A DNA stretch of 64,000 nucleotides, taken from contig MNCI01001420.1 in the NCBI GenBank assembly GCA_015680685.1, forward strand, positions 223,827-287,826, read 5' to 3'. Shown in pieces: positions 1-13,169 of this stretch. A program made the position numbers and the translations under genes. How positions within the stretch are numbered: the first letter of the stretch is position 1; each line of letters begins with the position of its first letter. Source of the DNA: Gnetum montanum (taxonomy: Eukaryota; Plantae; Gnetophyta). The notes under the pieces were generated by a model. The model was not told the DNA's origin and ran no database searches. It saw nothing but the letters and a program-made list of their open reading frames with translations.

Positions 1-2944
1 TAAGCTGATTGTACCCCTAATTGTGGCATATGATCCATTGAAGGATTGTAGACATGTGGTTTTGGTTGGCCTGATTTCATCTACCAGGCCTAGCTTGTCG
101 ATGACGGATTATAATACTACATTTGTTGTTGCACCATCATCAACATGTACCCTGCGGATGCTACATTATCCAACACGAATGCTAATGGATAGTGGAGCTG
201 TAGTAACCTTCCCTCGTCCAGGGTTAACTTTGACTGCATTATCACAGAATACTAAGGTTATTAAACTCGATTCTCATGGTGCAGGGGGCAGCATTGTTGC
301 ATGGATGGATGTCTTATCTATAGGGATGTCCTCCGTAATAGGAATGGAGGCCAAGATCTGGGCCAATGCTTGGCAGTGAGTAGATGAGGTCATGACCAGG
401 TCGTACAAGCTCAACATTGTGTTCTTTTGTTTGAGTGTTTGTTTCACCTGGGTTAGTGCAGCTACAAAGTCCTTGTCATTAGCTATTGTGTTAGCTTTGA
501 CTTCCTCCATGTGGCTTGAGAGATAGATCTCTCGCGAAGGGGACTTAAGCTTGGTTTGCTTGGCTTGCTTAGGGGTAGGGGCCCGAGTGTTCAATTGTTG
601 TTTGCTAGTTGTGGTTTTTGCTTCAGCCATGGGGGTTGTGAGGTGCTCGTTTTTCCTCTTTCATTGCCATTTGGTGGGCCTACCTGGGTTGCCAGTGGGG
701 TTAACCCTTAAAGGAGGAGGGATTGAGATGTTGCCCACTATTGGGCTTTGGGTAGGTGAGGGGCCATCATGTTGTGGCACTCTTATGAAAAATGGTGATT
801 CAAGCGGAGTTGTTTCATCATGCCAGTTTAACATCTTAGCGGACGGTGGCTGTGGAACTTTAACCACAAAGGGTGCTGTGGGTGCTCGAGGTGGCACTTT
901 GACAACAAAGGGAGGCCTCTTGCTTGTGGAGGAGGGGGAGACCTTTGTCTTGCTGGGAGGCACACATATCACAAAAGGTTGTTGCATAGGTTTGGGCTTG
1001 CCACCTATGCTAATGGAATTTATGACATAGGAGGCATCATCTGTGTTGGATTGACTCACTGTGTTGATTTTCAGTTAGCCACATTTTATCATTCTCTGTA
1101 GGTCATCCTGCAAAGCACAACAGTTGTCTATATTGTGACCAACCAATTGGTGGTAATGGCAATATTGGTCCAGCTTGAAGTGTTGTGGAATTGGGGGCTC
1201 GTTTGGTACTGCTAAAGTGTAGTTCACAGTACCTATCATGTTTTTGGCAAGCAATTTCTAATACTTGTTAATGTTGGATTTTCCCAGCTTTCAAGAGTTG
1301 CTCTAGTAGTTCAGAGGGTTGCACCGACAGTGGTGTATACTTTGAGCGATCTTTGCGCTGAAAATTGGATCTTGAGGTAGCCCCTATCAATGTAGGTGAG
1401 TTGGTGCCAGAATTGGCAATTTTGTTAGTTGGGGCTTGGGGCTGCTTAGCTGTTGGGCCCTAGTTGGTTACTTTTGTGCTTGTGGCTACATGCTTGCAAG
1501 TGTGTTGGTTTCTGTAGGCCACATAGGCTGGATCATTGCTAGCTTGTGTTGCATCCTCTATGCTTTTTGCTTGGGCAAAGGCTTGGCTAAGAGACTTTGG
1601 GGCTAGATAATACAGTTTGGACTTGATGAAGTCATTTACTGCACGTTTAAAGATTGCAAGTAGATGTGCCTCTACTAGAGGTTCATGCATTTTGCTCAAT
1701 GCAACATTCCAACGTTGGAGGAATTTTGGCATGGGCTCTAGAGGCCCCTGTTTAACTTGCATCAGCTGGTCAAGGGTTTCTTCAGGCTTTAGGTTGTACC
1801 TGAAGTGTGTCACAAACTTGGTTATGAGATCCTCCAAAGAGGAGATTGAGGCTTTGGGGAGTGTGCGATACCAGTCCAAGGCCTTGCCAGTGAGTGACAT
1901 GGGGAACATGCGCATGATGGTGTGTGGCCAAGCTTGAAAGAGTAGGCATTCAGATCAAAATGTGACCAAGTGTGCATTGGGGTCCCCTTCACCGTTGTAC
2001 TTGGTAAATTGAGGTAGTTGGGCCCCAGTTGGGAGAGTTAGAGGTGGTACCGTAGGACTTATGGGATCATTTTAGTAGAAGTCCACCACCTTAATGGTGT
2101 CAGAGAAGGTAGCCTTAAGTCGGTTGATCTCCCCTGTCAAGCTTTATATCAGCTGGAATGCCTGATCTAAGCTTGGGGATGTGTCAATTGGTTGCATTGG
2201 CTAGGCTTGGGTTGGTTGCATAGCATAGGGCAGAGTTTTTGGTTCTGGAGTTTGCCAGTTTAATGTCGTAGCGGATGGGTGTTGCCAGTTTAACGTCATA
2301 GTAGACGATTGCTGATGTAATGGCTAAGCGATGGTTGCGGTGATTGGAGTGGGCCACACATGGGTGGGTTGGACGGACACCGCAGACACCGATGAGACAG
2401 GTGGAATGTAGGATGCCTGAGTTGTTTGGAGCTGGGAGGTGGCCCCTGCATGAGCATAGTGCTGGGAAAATGCATTAGTTGCTTGGGAGGAATGTTGAAT
2501 TGGCATGGTCACTATCTTGGAGGGGATGGAAGGACCAAACTGAGGAGGGGCTGTAATAGGGAGTTGTTGTTGGAAGATGGTGTGGAGGTGGCTCTTGCGT
2601 TCGGAGAAGGCCTTGAACTCTTCTTCCTCCCTTTGTGAGGCTTCCTCGTAGGTTGTCCCTGCATCATGCTTGTTTGCATGGATGAGTTGGGACAACAACT
2701 GGTGGTAGGACTCTGTGAGTGGGATTATGTCAAACAAGGAGGGGTTATACTCTCGTCCGTTTCAGTGGACTCGTTCGTAGTCCTGTTTTGCCTCTAAATC
2801 AAGGTAATCCACTAGTAGTTCTACTTGGATTTTGGCATAAATGAAATTGTATTGTTCATGGCTTAACATGGCGTGCTTTGGTTGGATTGTGGTATCAAAT
2901 GTGTTAAACACCAGCATGGAAGGTTGACCTGGATTCATATTCAT
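1..2944 (-). pseudogene. gag: Degenerate gag-protease polyprotein of the Tat element
   Basis: ORF 1460-1915 FPMSLTGKALDWYRTLPKASISSLEDLITKFVTHF is retrotransposon gag-like. Zinc knuckle YCHYHQLVGHNIDNC at ~1115-1165. Aspartic protease VHVDDGATTNVV at ~115-150. Many stops and frameshifts. Confidence 0.88.
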
Positions 2945-2970
2945 AAATATGGTTGTGAGAGTTGCTGTTT

Positions 2971-3500
2971 GCAGAAAATTCCTAAATCAGCCGGTAACAT
3001 GAAAACAGTAGAAAAATGACTAAATCTGCTGGTGGCAGAAAAATAGTAGAAAAATGACTAAATCTGCCAGTAGCAGGAAAACAGCAGAAAAATGGTTAAA
3101 TCTACTGGTAGCAGGAAAATAGCAGAAAAATGACTAAATCTATCGGTAGGAAAATAGTAGAAAAAAATGACTAAATCTGCCAGTAATAGGAAAATAGTAA
3201 AAAAATGACTAAATTTGCCAGTAGCAGAAAAACAGCAGAAAAATGGCTAAATCTGTCGATAGCAGGAAAACAGTAGAAAAATGACTAAATCTGCCGGTAG
3301 CAGGAAAATAGCAGAAAAATGACTAAATCTGCCAGTAGCAAGAAAATAACAGAAAAATGACTAAATCTGTTGGTAGCAAAAAAACAATAGAAAAATGACT
3401 AAATCTACCAGTAGTGGGAAAACAATAGAAAAATGACTAAATCTGCCGGTAGCAGGAAAACAGCAGAAAAATGACTAGATCTACCGGTAGCAGGAAAAAG
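2971..3500. repeat. Tandem array of a ~39-bp unit (AAAATGACTAAATCTGCCAGTAGCAGGAAAACAGCAGAA), about 13 copies, in the 5' UTR of the Tat element
   Basis: Directly visible periodic repeat between the PBS and the gag start. Confidence 0.95.
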
Positions 3501-3556
3501 GGCTAAGTGTAAAAATGCAGAAAAAATGCTAAGTATGAAAATACAGAAAATTTAGG

Positions 3557-3573
3557 CCCTTCTTCTAGCGCCA
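3557..3573 (-). promoter_or_regulatory. Primer-binding site complementary to the 3' end of tRNA-Asn
   Basis: Minus strand TGGCGCTAGAAGAAGGG, 5 nt after the LTR end ...GTTACA. Matches the plant tRNA-Asn(GTT) 3' end CCCTCCTTCTAGCGCCA with one mismatch. Confidence 0.85.
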
Positions 3574-3578
3574 AAAAC

Positions 3579-4613
3579 TGTAACGACAGAAAACGTTGGT
3601 GGCTAGAAACATCAAGAGGTTTTTGGGCGCATAGCCTTACCCCAGATCTGTGCAGGGGCTGTGCCGGATAAAATGGAAACGGGGTGCCCTAAACAATTTG
3701 GTCAATAAGACAAGGACTTAATTGGTGTATAATAACTCTTTTGCAAATAATAAAAGAAAATGCAATGTGCACAATAGTAGAAACGTGCTAAAGTACGTAA
3801 TAGGCCAGTAAACACGATTTAATGCTTAACAATGCCAAATAAATGCTGTGATCAGCCAAAAAGAGAGTTTGAATAGAAAGATACCCTAAAAAGGGTATAG
3901 GTATACAAAGTGTACAATAGGCATAGTAGGAGCGGAATCACAGCCTCGGTGGTGTCGGCCTGTGAAATCTGGTGCGTACTGTGATAAACTGTGCCTCCTG
4001 GGTCGGTGATCATAGTATACCATGTGATGTAGTTGTTCCTCTCTATCGGTGTGGTGTGCTCTAGGTCTCGTTCACCCACGGAGCTAAGTGCCAAAATGCC
4101 AAAATGTCAAAATGGAAATGCCAACTGCTTGTTGCCGGTGAAGAAATTGAATCCTTCCCCCCTTTTCTCTCCCTTTTTCAAAGAGGGTGTAGAGGTATTT
4201 ATAGGGCTAGGGTTAGCCCAAAATGCGGATCTAGTGCCATGTGGTAGTGCGGTAGGTAACAACATGTAACAGTAAGTAACAACACGTAATAGTGGGTAAT
4301 AGCATAGCATAACGGGGCGCTACACTACTTACTATAGTAGGGTGCTATGCTAACACTATAGCAGGATGCTACGCTAGCACTGTAGCAAGGTGCTACACTA
4401 TGCTATGCTACGCACTGTAGCGGGGTGCTATGTTAGCACTGTAGTAGGGTGCTACGCTATGCTACACAACGCAATGTAGCAATGTGCTATGTTAGCACTG
4501 TAGCAAGGTGCTACGCTATGCTACGCTATGTAGCATAGCAACACGTAACAACGCGTAACACTTAGCCATATTTGCAGTTGCGATGCTGAGACCCAAAATT
4601 TTGTGGTGTTTCA
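3579..4613 (-). repeat. 5' LTR (~1035 bp) of the minus-strand Tat element
   Basis: TG...CA termini (TGAAACACCACAAAATTTT...CGTTACA on minus), TATA box CCCTATAAATAC at ~4195-4206, adjacent PBS, and U3 short repeats (GCTACGCTA/GCACTGTAGC) at 4300-4560. Confidence 0.88.
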
Positions 4614-6400
4614 AAGAACACATGTTTCCAAGACAAAAATTACCTAAAAAGGATGCAAAGTTGGATGATGCATGTTATCACAATTGCAGCCAAAGAAATA
4701 TGGGCATGTGGTGTTGCAGTATAAACTAGATGTCCAAAAGCTATAAAAGTGGATCCTCCCTAAAGTAGGTCCATGCCTAAAATGCCCTTGAATAACCAAG
4801 ACATAATGAGTTCATAAACCCCTTGGGAATTTAATATCAATCTAGCTTAGACACCATACCCACAAAACCATCATGTTCAGGGCCATGCATTCTACAAAAC
4901 CAAAATTTATTAGAATAATCATGGTATGTAGCAATGCGGTGGAAGGTGGAATCTAGAAGGGGTTGTAGAGGAATAGGGATGTAAGAGTCTATATCATGTT
5001 GACAAAAGATCCTTGTGAGTTAAGTCATTAAAGTGAATCATATACCCTTTTGTCCAAGTTTCAAATTAATACTAATAACCTCACATTGCCTTGCTTTCCA
5101 AACTCACAATCATGAGAGCATAAAAACCATAGGAGAATACCATCACTCAAGAAGAAAAGAATAAGAAAGTAGTTAGACATTACATGGAAGAAATTTGGGC
5201 CTTAGTTAGAGGGGTGCCTTCACACATGGATAACATGTCTTTCCAACCTCATAACCTGTGCTTGTTTTCCAATAGATCTTCAGAGATGTCTGTTTTTATT
5301 CCCATGTGTGTGTGTGTGTGTTTTCTTTTTCTTTTGAAAGGAAATCACACTTTATAGAGGAAACACTTCCTTTTTGGATTATAATAGGAGTAATAAAACA
5401 TTTCTTGTGGTGTCATAAGACTTATGTGAGGAGTTAAGATGAAACTCAAAAATCCCCTTGAGGCCACAACCTTTTTCATTTCCACTTGGTCTTAACTGCT
5501 TTCGTTTCATAATGAGATCACAAGTTATTTTTAGTTTTTTGTGAAAGAATAGCAGTGTCTCCACAATGTGGATCTATTATTGATAAAAATGGAATGGATG
5601 GATGTTAAGGACTCACTACCTTATATCATTATGTAGTTAATAATTTGTTAGTATAGAATAAGGTTTCGAAAACAAGGTTGACTTGTCAATAGAAACAACA
5701 ATCTTATATGTTGGATTTGGCAATGATGGCAAAAACAACAACAATAATGAGTAGGATGTTAAGTAGCACAAGAATACACATGATATTAAAAGTAAAGGAA
5801 AATAAACTAAAATAAAATATTAAAAAATAAAAATGTCAAAAAAATTAAAAACAAATAAAAAAATAGTTAAAAATAATTAAAGATGGTGTAAAAATAGTAA
5901 AAAAGTTGTCTCCTTTAATGTGTTAAGTTATATGGTTATCTCCCTTATGATTAAGTTGGAAGGAGGAGATCCTAAAGACAAAGCATGCTTATCCACATGT
6001 TGAGGTGTTGTGGTTGGTTCTAGTTGCTTAAAAGTCATTGAAGGATTTCACTTGTTGAATGTTGATTAGCATGTGCTTTTGGAGGCTTGTTGGATGGTAA
6101 ATTGTCATGGCCTTAGAAGAAAAGGTTGAATACATAATGTATGGTCTCTTCCATAATGTTTGGAATATAGTTTGTTGAGATACATGCATGGGATTCTAAT
6201 AGAGAACCTTGTCTCCTAGTTAAAATTTAACTTTCCTTATTTGAGTGTTATGTTGTTGCTTGTGTTGTACCCACTTTAGCTTTATTTGCATAAGTCAAAG
6301 TTCTAGGTATATTCTATGGCTTTTCAACATTAAATCCATCTTTAGTAGTCCATATTCGATATTTTACATCATATGCAATGTAATTTTTGGATCTCTATTT
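4614..6400 (-). mobile_element. Athila-like remnant: integrase C-terminus plus post-integrase non-coding region
   Basis: Reverse complement matches 46650-48150 and 36380-37950, e.g. GGAAAGTTAAATTTTAACTAGGAGACAAGGTTCTCTATT and AGACATGTTATCCATG...CTCTAACTAAGGCCC. Confidence 0.8.
5305..5321. repeat. (TG)8 microsatellite
   Basis: Directly visible. Confidence 0.9.
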
Positions 6401-6415
6401 TCAACTTGCCAAAAA

Positions 6416-7046
6416 TGATGTTTTGCATTATTAGCAGTGTCATTTCAACTCACCTTTCAATTTTGACATTCGACATTTGCTCCAACATCGACTTTGTCTC
6501 CAAATTTTAATGTTTGACATCAATTTCACCTTTTTAGCATGTTAGCTTTTTAACATCATATGTTAATCCTGCATTTAATGTCTAACTTTGGTTTTGATTT
6601 CTACATATTAATTCTCTTATCTAAAAGCTTCTAAAGACTTCCAAAAGATTCTTTGGGCCTCAATGTGTTATTTCTACATGATCTATGAGGCATTTTCATC
6701 CTATAAATAGGAGGATACCCCTAAACAAAAAGGGGTTGACGAGGATTTCCCTCCTTTGTCTTTTGGTGATCTACTTAGTATTCCTAGGTATCTTTGCTAC
6801 TTAGCATACTTACCATTTTTTGTGATTAGTGATTTGAAAAATCTATTTTCAAAGATACTATCTCTTCATAAAATAAATATCCTATTTTTTCTCTGCTCTT
6901 TTTCCTGCTAACACATTGTATCCCCTTCGTGTTGTCCTCTTGACACACAGAGAAATCACTTGGAATTAAGTTAACACATTAATATGATCCTTCCCCTTGC
7001 TTCATCAACTGTTGAATTTACTATTGTTCCCTCCACACTTGCATCA
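6416..7046 (+). repeat. Possible solo or partial LTR of an unidentified family
   Basis: Starts TGATG, has candidate CATCA ends at 7007 or 7046, and an LTR-like TATA CCTATAAATAGGAGG at ~6700. No TSD found. Confidence 0.4.
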
Positions 7047-7529
7047 GGGACATGCATAAAAGAAAGAATGAGATAACAAAGCTCCTTGTGAGATGCCTTT
7101 GATCCCTGATACATTTTCCATAACATGTTTTTGTAGATTTTTAATGACCTCTTTTATTGTAATATGGGTTTTTGTCTTTAGAATTTCTATCTTTGGTATG
7201 ATCTAGATTTGCTATGGATCTAGTTGTTATTTTTTTGTGCTTGTCCTTAGTTTAATATTTTAATGCATTAGATCTATTCCACTTTGCATCTCATTTCTAA
7301 TTACTTTTATGTACTAGCCACTCGCTATGTTTTGCTTCATATAGACTTGTACATGATCTCTATCCATTTTCAACTGGCTATTTCATGCATACATTTTCTC
7401 TTTTGCTTTAATTTACTAATGTTGGACAAAAATGTTTAGCTTAGGTTATCTAATTTTTTCCATGATTTGCAAGTCCTCCTTCGATTTGAAGGAAATTATT
7501 CAAAAGATTCATTTTCCTAGATTCTTAGC

Positions 7530-9117
7530 TAACCATAAGATTGCTTGGTTTCCTTTCCTATTATGTTGTGTCAGATTCTATTATTACGATGATTCCTATT
7601 GCAACACTAGTGGTGATATTGGTTGAATTAACTAGTGGTAGTGAACTACTTGTAAAGTTAAAAATAATGCTAGATAGTTTGGAAAGTAATCTGCTAAGCA
7701 TAAGCATCAAGTTGAAAAAGATCTTGTAAAATCTATAAAGTAAATGCAAAGTATTTTAGACTAGAATTCCTTTGATTTTGAAACTCAAAAAGCTTTGATG
7801 CTAAACAATGTTAGAATACTTTTTGAAGCTAAAAGTACTCACTAAAAGTTACATGGATTGGCTAAAACTTGAAGATGAACCTTGCAATGAATTTTTCAAA
7901 TTTCTAAAAGGAAAGGGTCAAGTACTTGGATTGGAATCACTATATATAAATGATTCCATCATTAAAGATCCTAAGACTATTATCATTTTTTTATCGAATC
8001 ATTTTTCTTCTATTTTTTATTTTAAAGGTTTTAGCAATGAATTGTTCTAGGCCTTTAATATGCATATTTTTGATCTTCTAACAAAAGCATACCAAAGTAT
8101 TCTTGAAGTAGAAATTACAGCAGAAGAAATGAAAGCACTAAACTTTAGTTTAGCAAATGGAAAAGCTCTAGGTTTTGATGGATTTCTACTGAATTTTTTA
8201 AGAAGTATTGGAACAATGTTGGAGATTGTCTCTTTCATGTTTTCCAAGAAGTCATTAAAAAGGTTTATTTTGGTAAAAACATTAATAAAGGTATGATTTT
8301 TATTTTTCCTAAGAATGGAGATCTTCAACATATTTGGAATTAGAGACTTATCACTCCTCTTAACAATATTTATAAAATTTTAGCTAAATGCATGGCTTGT
8401 CAAATTCAAAAGGTTATTGAAGATATCATCATACTTGAGCAAACTAGTTTTGTTAAAAGTATACATATCTTAAATAATGTTATTGCAACCTAGAAGAGAA
8501 TGTAATGGGCTTCTCATACTAACCAAGACATTGCTAATATTCAGTTAGATTATGCCAAAGCGTATGATAGAATTAAATGAAACTTCATTATTTTTTATCT
8601 CTATAATTTAGGATTTGGTGATTACTTTATTCAACTTGTTTGTATCATGCTCACTAATGTTAATGCTTAAGTTATTACTTATTTTGAATTAAGTTTCTCT
8701 TTTTCTCTTCAACGGTTAACTTTACAAGGTTGTTCTCTAGCTTCCTATCTTTTTATTATTGTTGTAAATTTTCTTTCATATATACTACATTATGATTTAC
8801 AAAGGAATTTCATTAAGGGAATTTCAATTGATAATGAAGGTATATAATTACTTAACATGAACTTTGCAGATAATTAGTTTTTTATGATCAACAATTCTCT
8901 GCAACATATCAATGCTCTTTTAGCTATAATGGAGGACTTCTACATATTATTTGACTATCGTATTAATTTGCAAAAATTTGTTATTTATTGTAATGGTAAT
9001 ATTGATGAGTGGATTACTCTCCAACCTTGGAAAATCTTAAAAAAAGATTCTATTTTTAAAATTTTAGGAATACCTTCTCTTTTGAGCCTAATCTTACTAT
9101 TTTGTGAATTATGTGGT
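7530..9117 (+). pseudogene. L1-type LINE (non-LTR retrotransposon) ORF2 reverse transcriptase fragment, degenerate
   Basis: Ordered LINE RT motifs: WLKLEDEPCNEFFK, NGKALGFDGF, N*RLITPLNNIYKILAK, EQTSFVKS, QLDYAKAYDRI, LQGCSLASYLF, FADN, FKILGIP. Cut off by the Athila LTR. Confidence 0.9.
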
Positions 9118-10024
9118 TGATAAAATTTGATGAATCGTCATTGTGTCATGTCGACGGGGCCCCATTGATGCGGCCCCATCTACATGGTGTTGCCTCGTCG
9201 ATAGGGCCATGTCGACGTAGCTCTTTAAAAGAGTCTATAAATACGTGTTCACCATCCATGTTTATAGCATGTCTTATCACAGTTGTAGTAAAGCTGTTGC
9301 AGTTTTATCATTTAAGAGTTAGAATATTTCTTTGAGTGCCTGCAGCAGAAGTCAAAAAGTGTACAGATCTTTATTTGAGCATTATTGTACTTGAACACAC
9401 CACTATGAATAATAATAGAGACGAGTCTTTTGATCAAACCTTGTAGCACTTAGAACAAATTAATGATTCATTTATGAATTTATTGTTTTCATTAATTATG
9501 CAATTAATTAAGCTAAATTAGATTTCAAGTGATTAGTTAATTGATTAAGCTAAATAGATTAAACACGTGAGTATGACTACTTTGAGCGTAAACATGTATT
9601 CGCTTGGTAATCCCAATAGCGTTATTGGTTAGTTTGTGTGGTAGCATAGCTGTTGGTAATCATAGTAGTGGATACGTGGGTTCAGGCCATGTACAGGAAG
9701 TGGGACTAGATGCTTATGTTAGGACTAGTTAAAGATTAGTAAATTACTTAAATCAAATTCGTGATTAAATTACTTCATTTTTCTATTCTAAGAACTAGGA
9801 ACATAAAACATAAAATAATAAAAATCATATGCCTTGATTACACTTATCCATACTTATGCATCACAAGTGTAATTGAGAAGATAACAAATGACTATTAGGG
9901 CAAAGTTCACTTCCTAGAAGACAAGTGTACTAGAAGACATAGAGTTCACGAAATTCGACTAGATTGTGCATGAATGCTTCATGATTCGTATGGCTGGGTG
10001 TAGGGGTACCTTAACTGCTCATCA
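9118..10024 (+). repeat. 5' LTR of the Athila-like element
   Basis: TGAT...ATCA termini, TATA GTCTATAAATA at ~9234, followed by the PBS. Homologous to ~43230-44035 and ~51990-52823. Confidence 0.85.
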
Positions 10025-10025
10025 T

Positions 10026-10043
10026 TGGTGCTGTTGCTAGGGA
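10026..10043 (+). promoter_or_regulatory. Primer-binding site, tRNA-Asp type (Athila)
   Basis: TGGTGCTGTTGCTAGGGA is the C->T-decayed form of the Athila PBS TGGCGCCGTTGCCGGGGA, immediately after the LTR. Confidence 0.85.
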
Positions 10044-10899
10044 CTCTTTTTGTTGAAACGTGTGCTATCTAGGTTTAGTGAACATCATTAACATTGTTGG
10101 ATGAACCTAAGGTCAAAATAATTCTTACAAATAATATAATCACATAAGCACATTGATATTTTATTTGTATTGCAAAATGTCTTCTTTTCACAGGCGTGAT
10201 GATACTAAACCACTAGTCCCTCAACAATGCAAGGTGGTATATACTCATCCAGATTAGTATGTGTCTGATTTCACCTTCATCCTGCATCAGGATGAACAAC
10301 TGTGATTGTGTGATATGGAAGGCAACATTGTAATGCCTCTCGATCGATCTATGTTTGTGATGCTGCTTCAAATTATTAAGAAGTTGGGCATCCAAGATCT
10401 TTAAGAGAAGTATGTTGTGCATGATTATGACTACTGAGACTACTGTCCCACTGAAACACAATGTTGGAGAGATTGACACTAGGAGAAGCACAATGAGTTT
10501 GTGAAGGGGAAATGGTTCACTAATCCTTTGTTCCTGCTTAACCAAGATGATAATGAGGACCCTCCCTCTAGGGTCTCTCAACATAAAAATTCTCCACCTC
10601 TTGTTATTGGTGATGGGGTTGTGACCCTAAATCTGTGGTCCAATTTCAACAATCCAAGTTTAGGTAAAGATGGTAGTTAAGGAAGGGGCTCGGATAAGCA
10701 TTAAGATGATAAGAAAATTGATGAACGTGGCTATGACAATCGAATGGAAGTTGGCAGATACCATGATGGTGGTAGTCCTCCTCCCTCTTCACTCTCTTCA
10801 TCTACATCTTCTTCTTTCTCTTCTGGTTTTGACCAATGCTGTAGAAGGAACAACTATGATGGAGGTGAATAGCAGGACAACAATGATGATCACTAGGCC

Positions 10900-13169
10900 C
10901 ATAATGATTGAAGGGGTAATAGAGAACATCATTAGTGAAAATGAAATAATGATGATGATGAGCCTTTTTTGGCAACTCGAAACATGCTAAATATTGTGGA
11001 GGTTGTAAAAATTCTAACGAGGCATGTGAAAGATAGTTGGATCAAATGACTTGATATGAACAATATTCCCAGATTTGAGGGGGGATATAATTTTGATCCA
11101 CAGACATATCTTCAAGCTTTTTAGAATGCTTGTTCCTTACAAAATATTGAAAATGATTAGCAAAAACTAAAGCTATTTTCTAAGATACTCATCAAGGAAG
11201 CAAAAAGTTGGTACCAGTCCTTGAAGCCAAAATTTATTCGTCGGTGGAGTACAATGCTCAGTATTAGATGTACTCCAAAGTGTCTAGTTTAAGAAGGTAA
11301 ATTTAAGGATGGAAGCAAGGAAACCATGAACCCTTGGATGCTGCCATGGGTAGATACTATTCCCTCATACACTGATGCCTTGGCCATAATTATTCTCACC
11401 CGGAACAACTTTGTCATATCATAGATGGACTTAAATTAGAAATGAGGAGAACTCTTGGGGTTTATGCTCAAGGGAGACTATTAGAACTTAGAGCCCATTA
11501 GATTCAAAGGCTAATTGAGTAGGTAGCAAAAGAAGAAGGAGAGTTGAGGAAATGTGAAAGTGTAGAGGAATATAATAGGGATCCTTTCATTAGAAAAAGG
11601 GAGTTTCAATTTTGTGATAGTGAGGAGGAATCACCACTTAATGAGGTGGTACATGAAAATACCTTGCTAATCCAAAAATCTATGTCTAAAATTTCAGCTA
11701 AGGTGGATAAAATGTGGGATTTGTTAAATGAAAAATTCCAAATTTCTTTAAAAATCACTGAAGAAACAAGAGAGCAGAGTAGTGATTGTAATCGCAAGAG
11801 GTAGAAAGAAGTTGAATGTGGCTAATAAAGGGGTAAGGGCAAGATTGTTGTAGTAGATGAAGTTGCAGAAATTGAATTAGCTGATGATGGTGGATGTGAC
11901 ATCTTCCAATACGAACATCGTAAGGGATGTTGCCCCATCATGTTACACTTACAAGAGTTTGGGGTGTATGCTATGAATTCACAACTAGTAAAAAGGAAAA
12001 TACCTAGAAGATTTTCCTATCCTTAAGGCAATCCTAGGTAGTTCCACTAGCAATAAAAATATTATACAAGTGAAACTCCACCGCAATTGTACAAGTAATA
12101 TCAACAATGGTACTAATCATAGTCTTGGAGATGCCACCATCAAGGTAGTAGTACTCTTACAAATAACTAGGTACATATAGGTATTATGTTTAGCAACCCC
12201 TATCTTCACGTGACTCTTTTAGTCACATTTCTTCTTTCCAACATCACTACCACCCTACCGAATACTATAGAGTTCATTCTCCACATTCCAGGAGGAATGC
12301 CCCATTTTATCCTTATCCTCCTCCTATTTCTGCACCTATTCCTCCACCCTCAACACAACTACCACCTACTCCATCCATGCAAACTGAGCTTCCAACCCAG
12401 CTATATCAATGTAATGCTACGAGGGTTGTCAATCTATAAGTGGTTCATCAACTCAGGGGTTTAGAACCTCATGCTCATAAAAGACCATTCTTTTGATCCA
12501 ACAGTCCTACTAAGGCCTTACAAACTCAAGTGGCTGATCACTTTGCTCCTGCTTCATCCTTTGCAAAGCATTTCATTGGGTTTCCTTCAAACTAAATGTT
12601 TTTCAAAATCCATACTATTATGTTCACTCATGTTGTATTTGATTGAATATGGGATGGCAACCTTCGTAGAAAATTAGTTGATCCTAGGAGTCCTCTGATT
12701 TATTTACAGATTGTTGGGAATGAATCATGTAAAGCTCTCATTGATTCAGGTTCCAATGTGAACTTGATTTCTCATGAGATGTATACTACCTGGAACCTAC
12801 TACCTCTTAAGAAGAACAACATCAAATTAGAATTGGTAGAGCAATTCATTATTGTTCCATTGGGATTGGTCAAAGACATTGTGGCCACTATTTATGGGTG
12901 GTCTTATCCTATTGGTTTTCTAGTAATCAAGGTTGAGAACTGTAAGGGAGACTTTCCAATCATTATGGGAAGGGCATGGTTAAGAATTGTTGATGCAAGA
13001 ATGGACATCAAATATCTTTCCTTGGAGATATCAAAGGAAAGTGCATTTGGAAATATCGAAAATAGATGAGTTCCATGCATCTTGTACATCGATACAGGGT
13101 GAAGTTGCATGTAAAAAACTTTGGTCCATGAAACGAGCATCTATTTTTGCATGTAAGTAGTGTGCACAT
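10900..13169 (+). pseudogene. gag: Degenerate Athila gag and aspartic protease
   Basis: IPRFEGGYNFDPQTYLQAF...KLKLFSKILIKEAKSWYQSL (gag). ALIDSGSNVNLI at ~12733-12770 and FPIIMGRAWL (protease). Confidence 0.82.

Larger units (their letters stand above)
1..4613 (-). mobile_element. Ty3/gypsy Tat/Ogre-type LTR retrotransposon, 5' part (LTR, PBS, 5' UTR, gag, protease); continues beyond the window start
   Basis: Minus strand reads LTR (TGAAACACC...GTTACA), tRNA-Asn PBS, tandem repeats, a gag ORF, a C-x2-H-x4-H-x4-C knuckle and protease VDDGATTN. Collinear with and homologous to the Tat element at 15420-33549. Confidence 0.9.

Noticed and set aside
23-1937. Plus-strand ORFs 23-379, 551-1030 and 1617-1937
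   Set aside because: Antisense shadows of the minus-strand gag-protease; no independent motifs.
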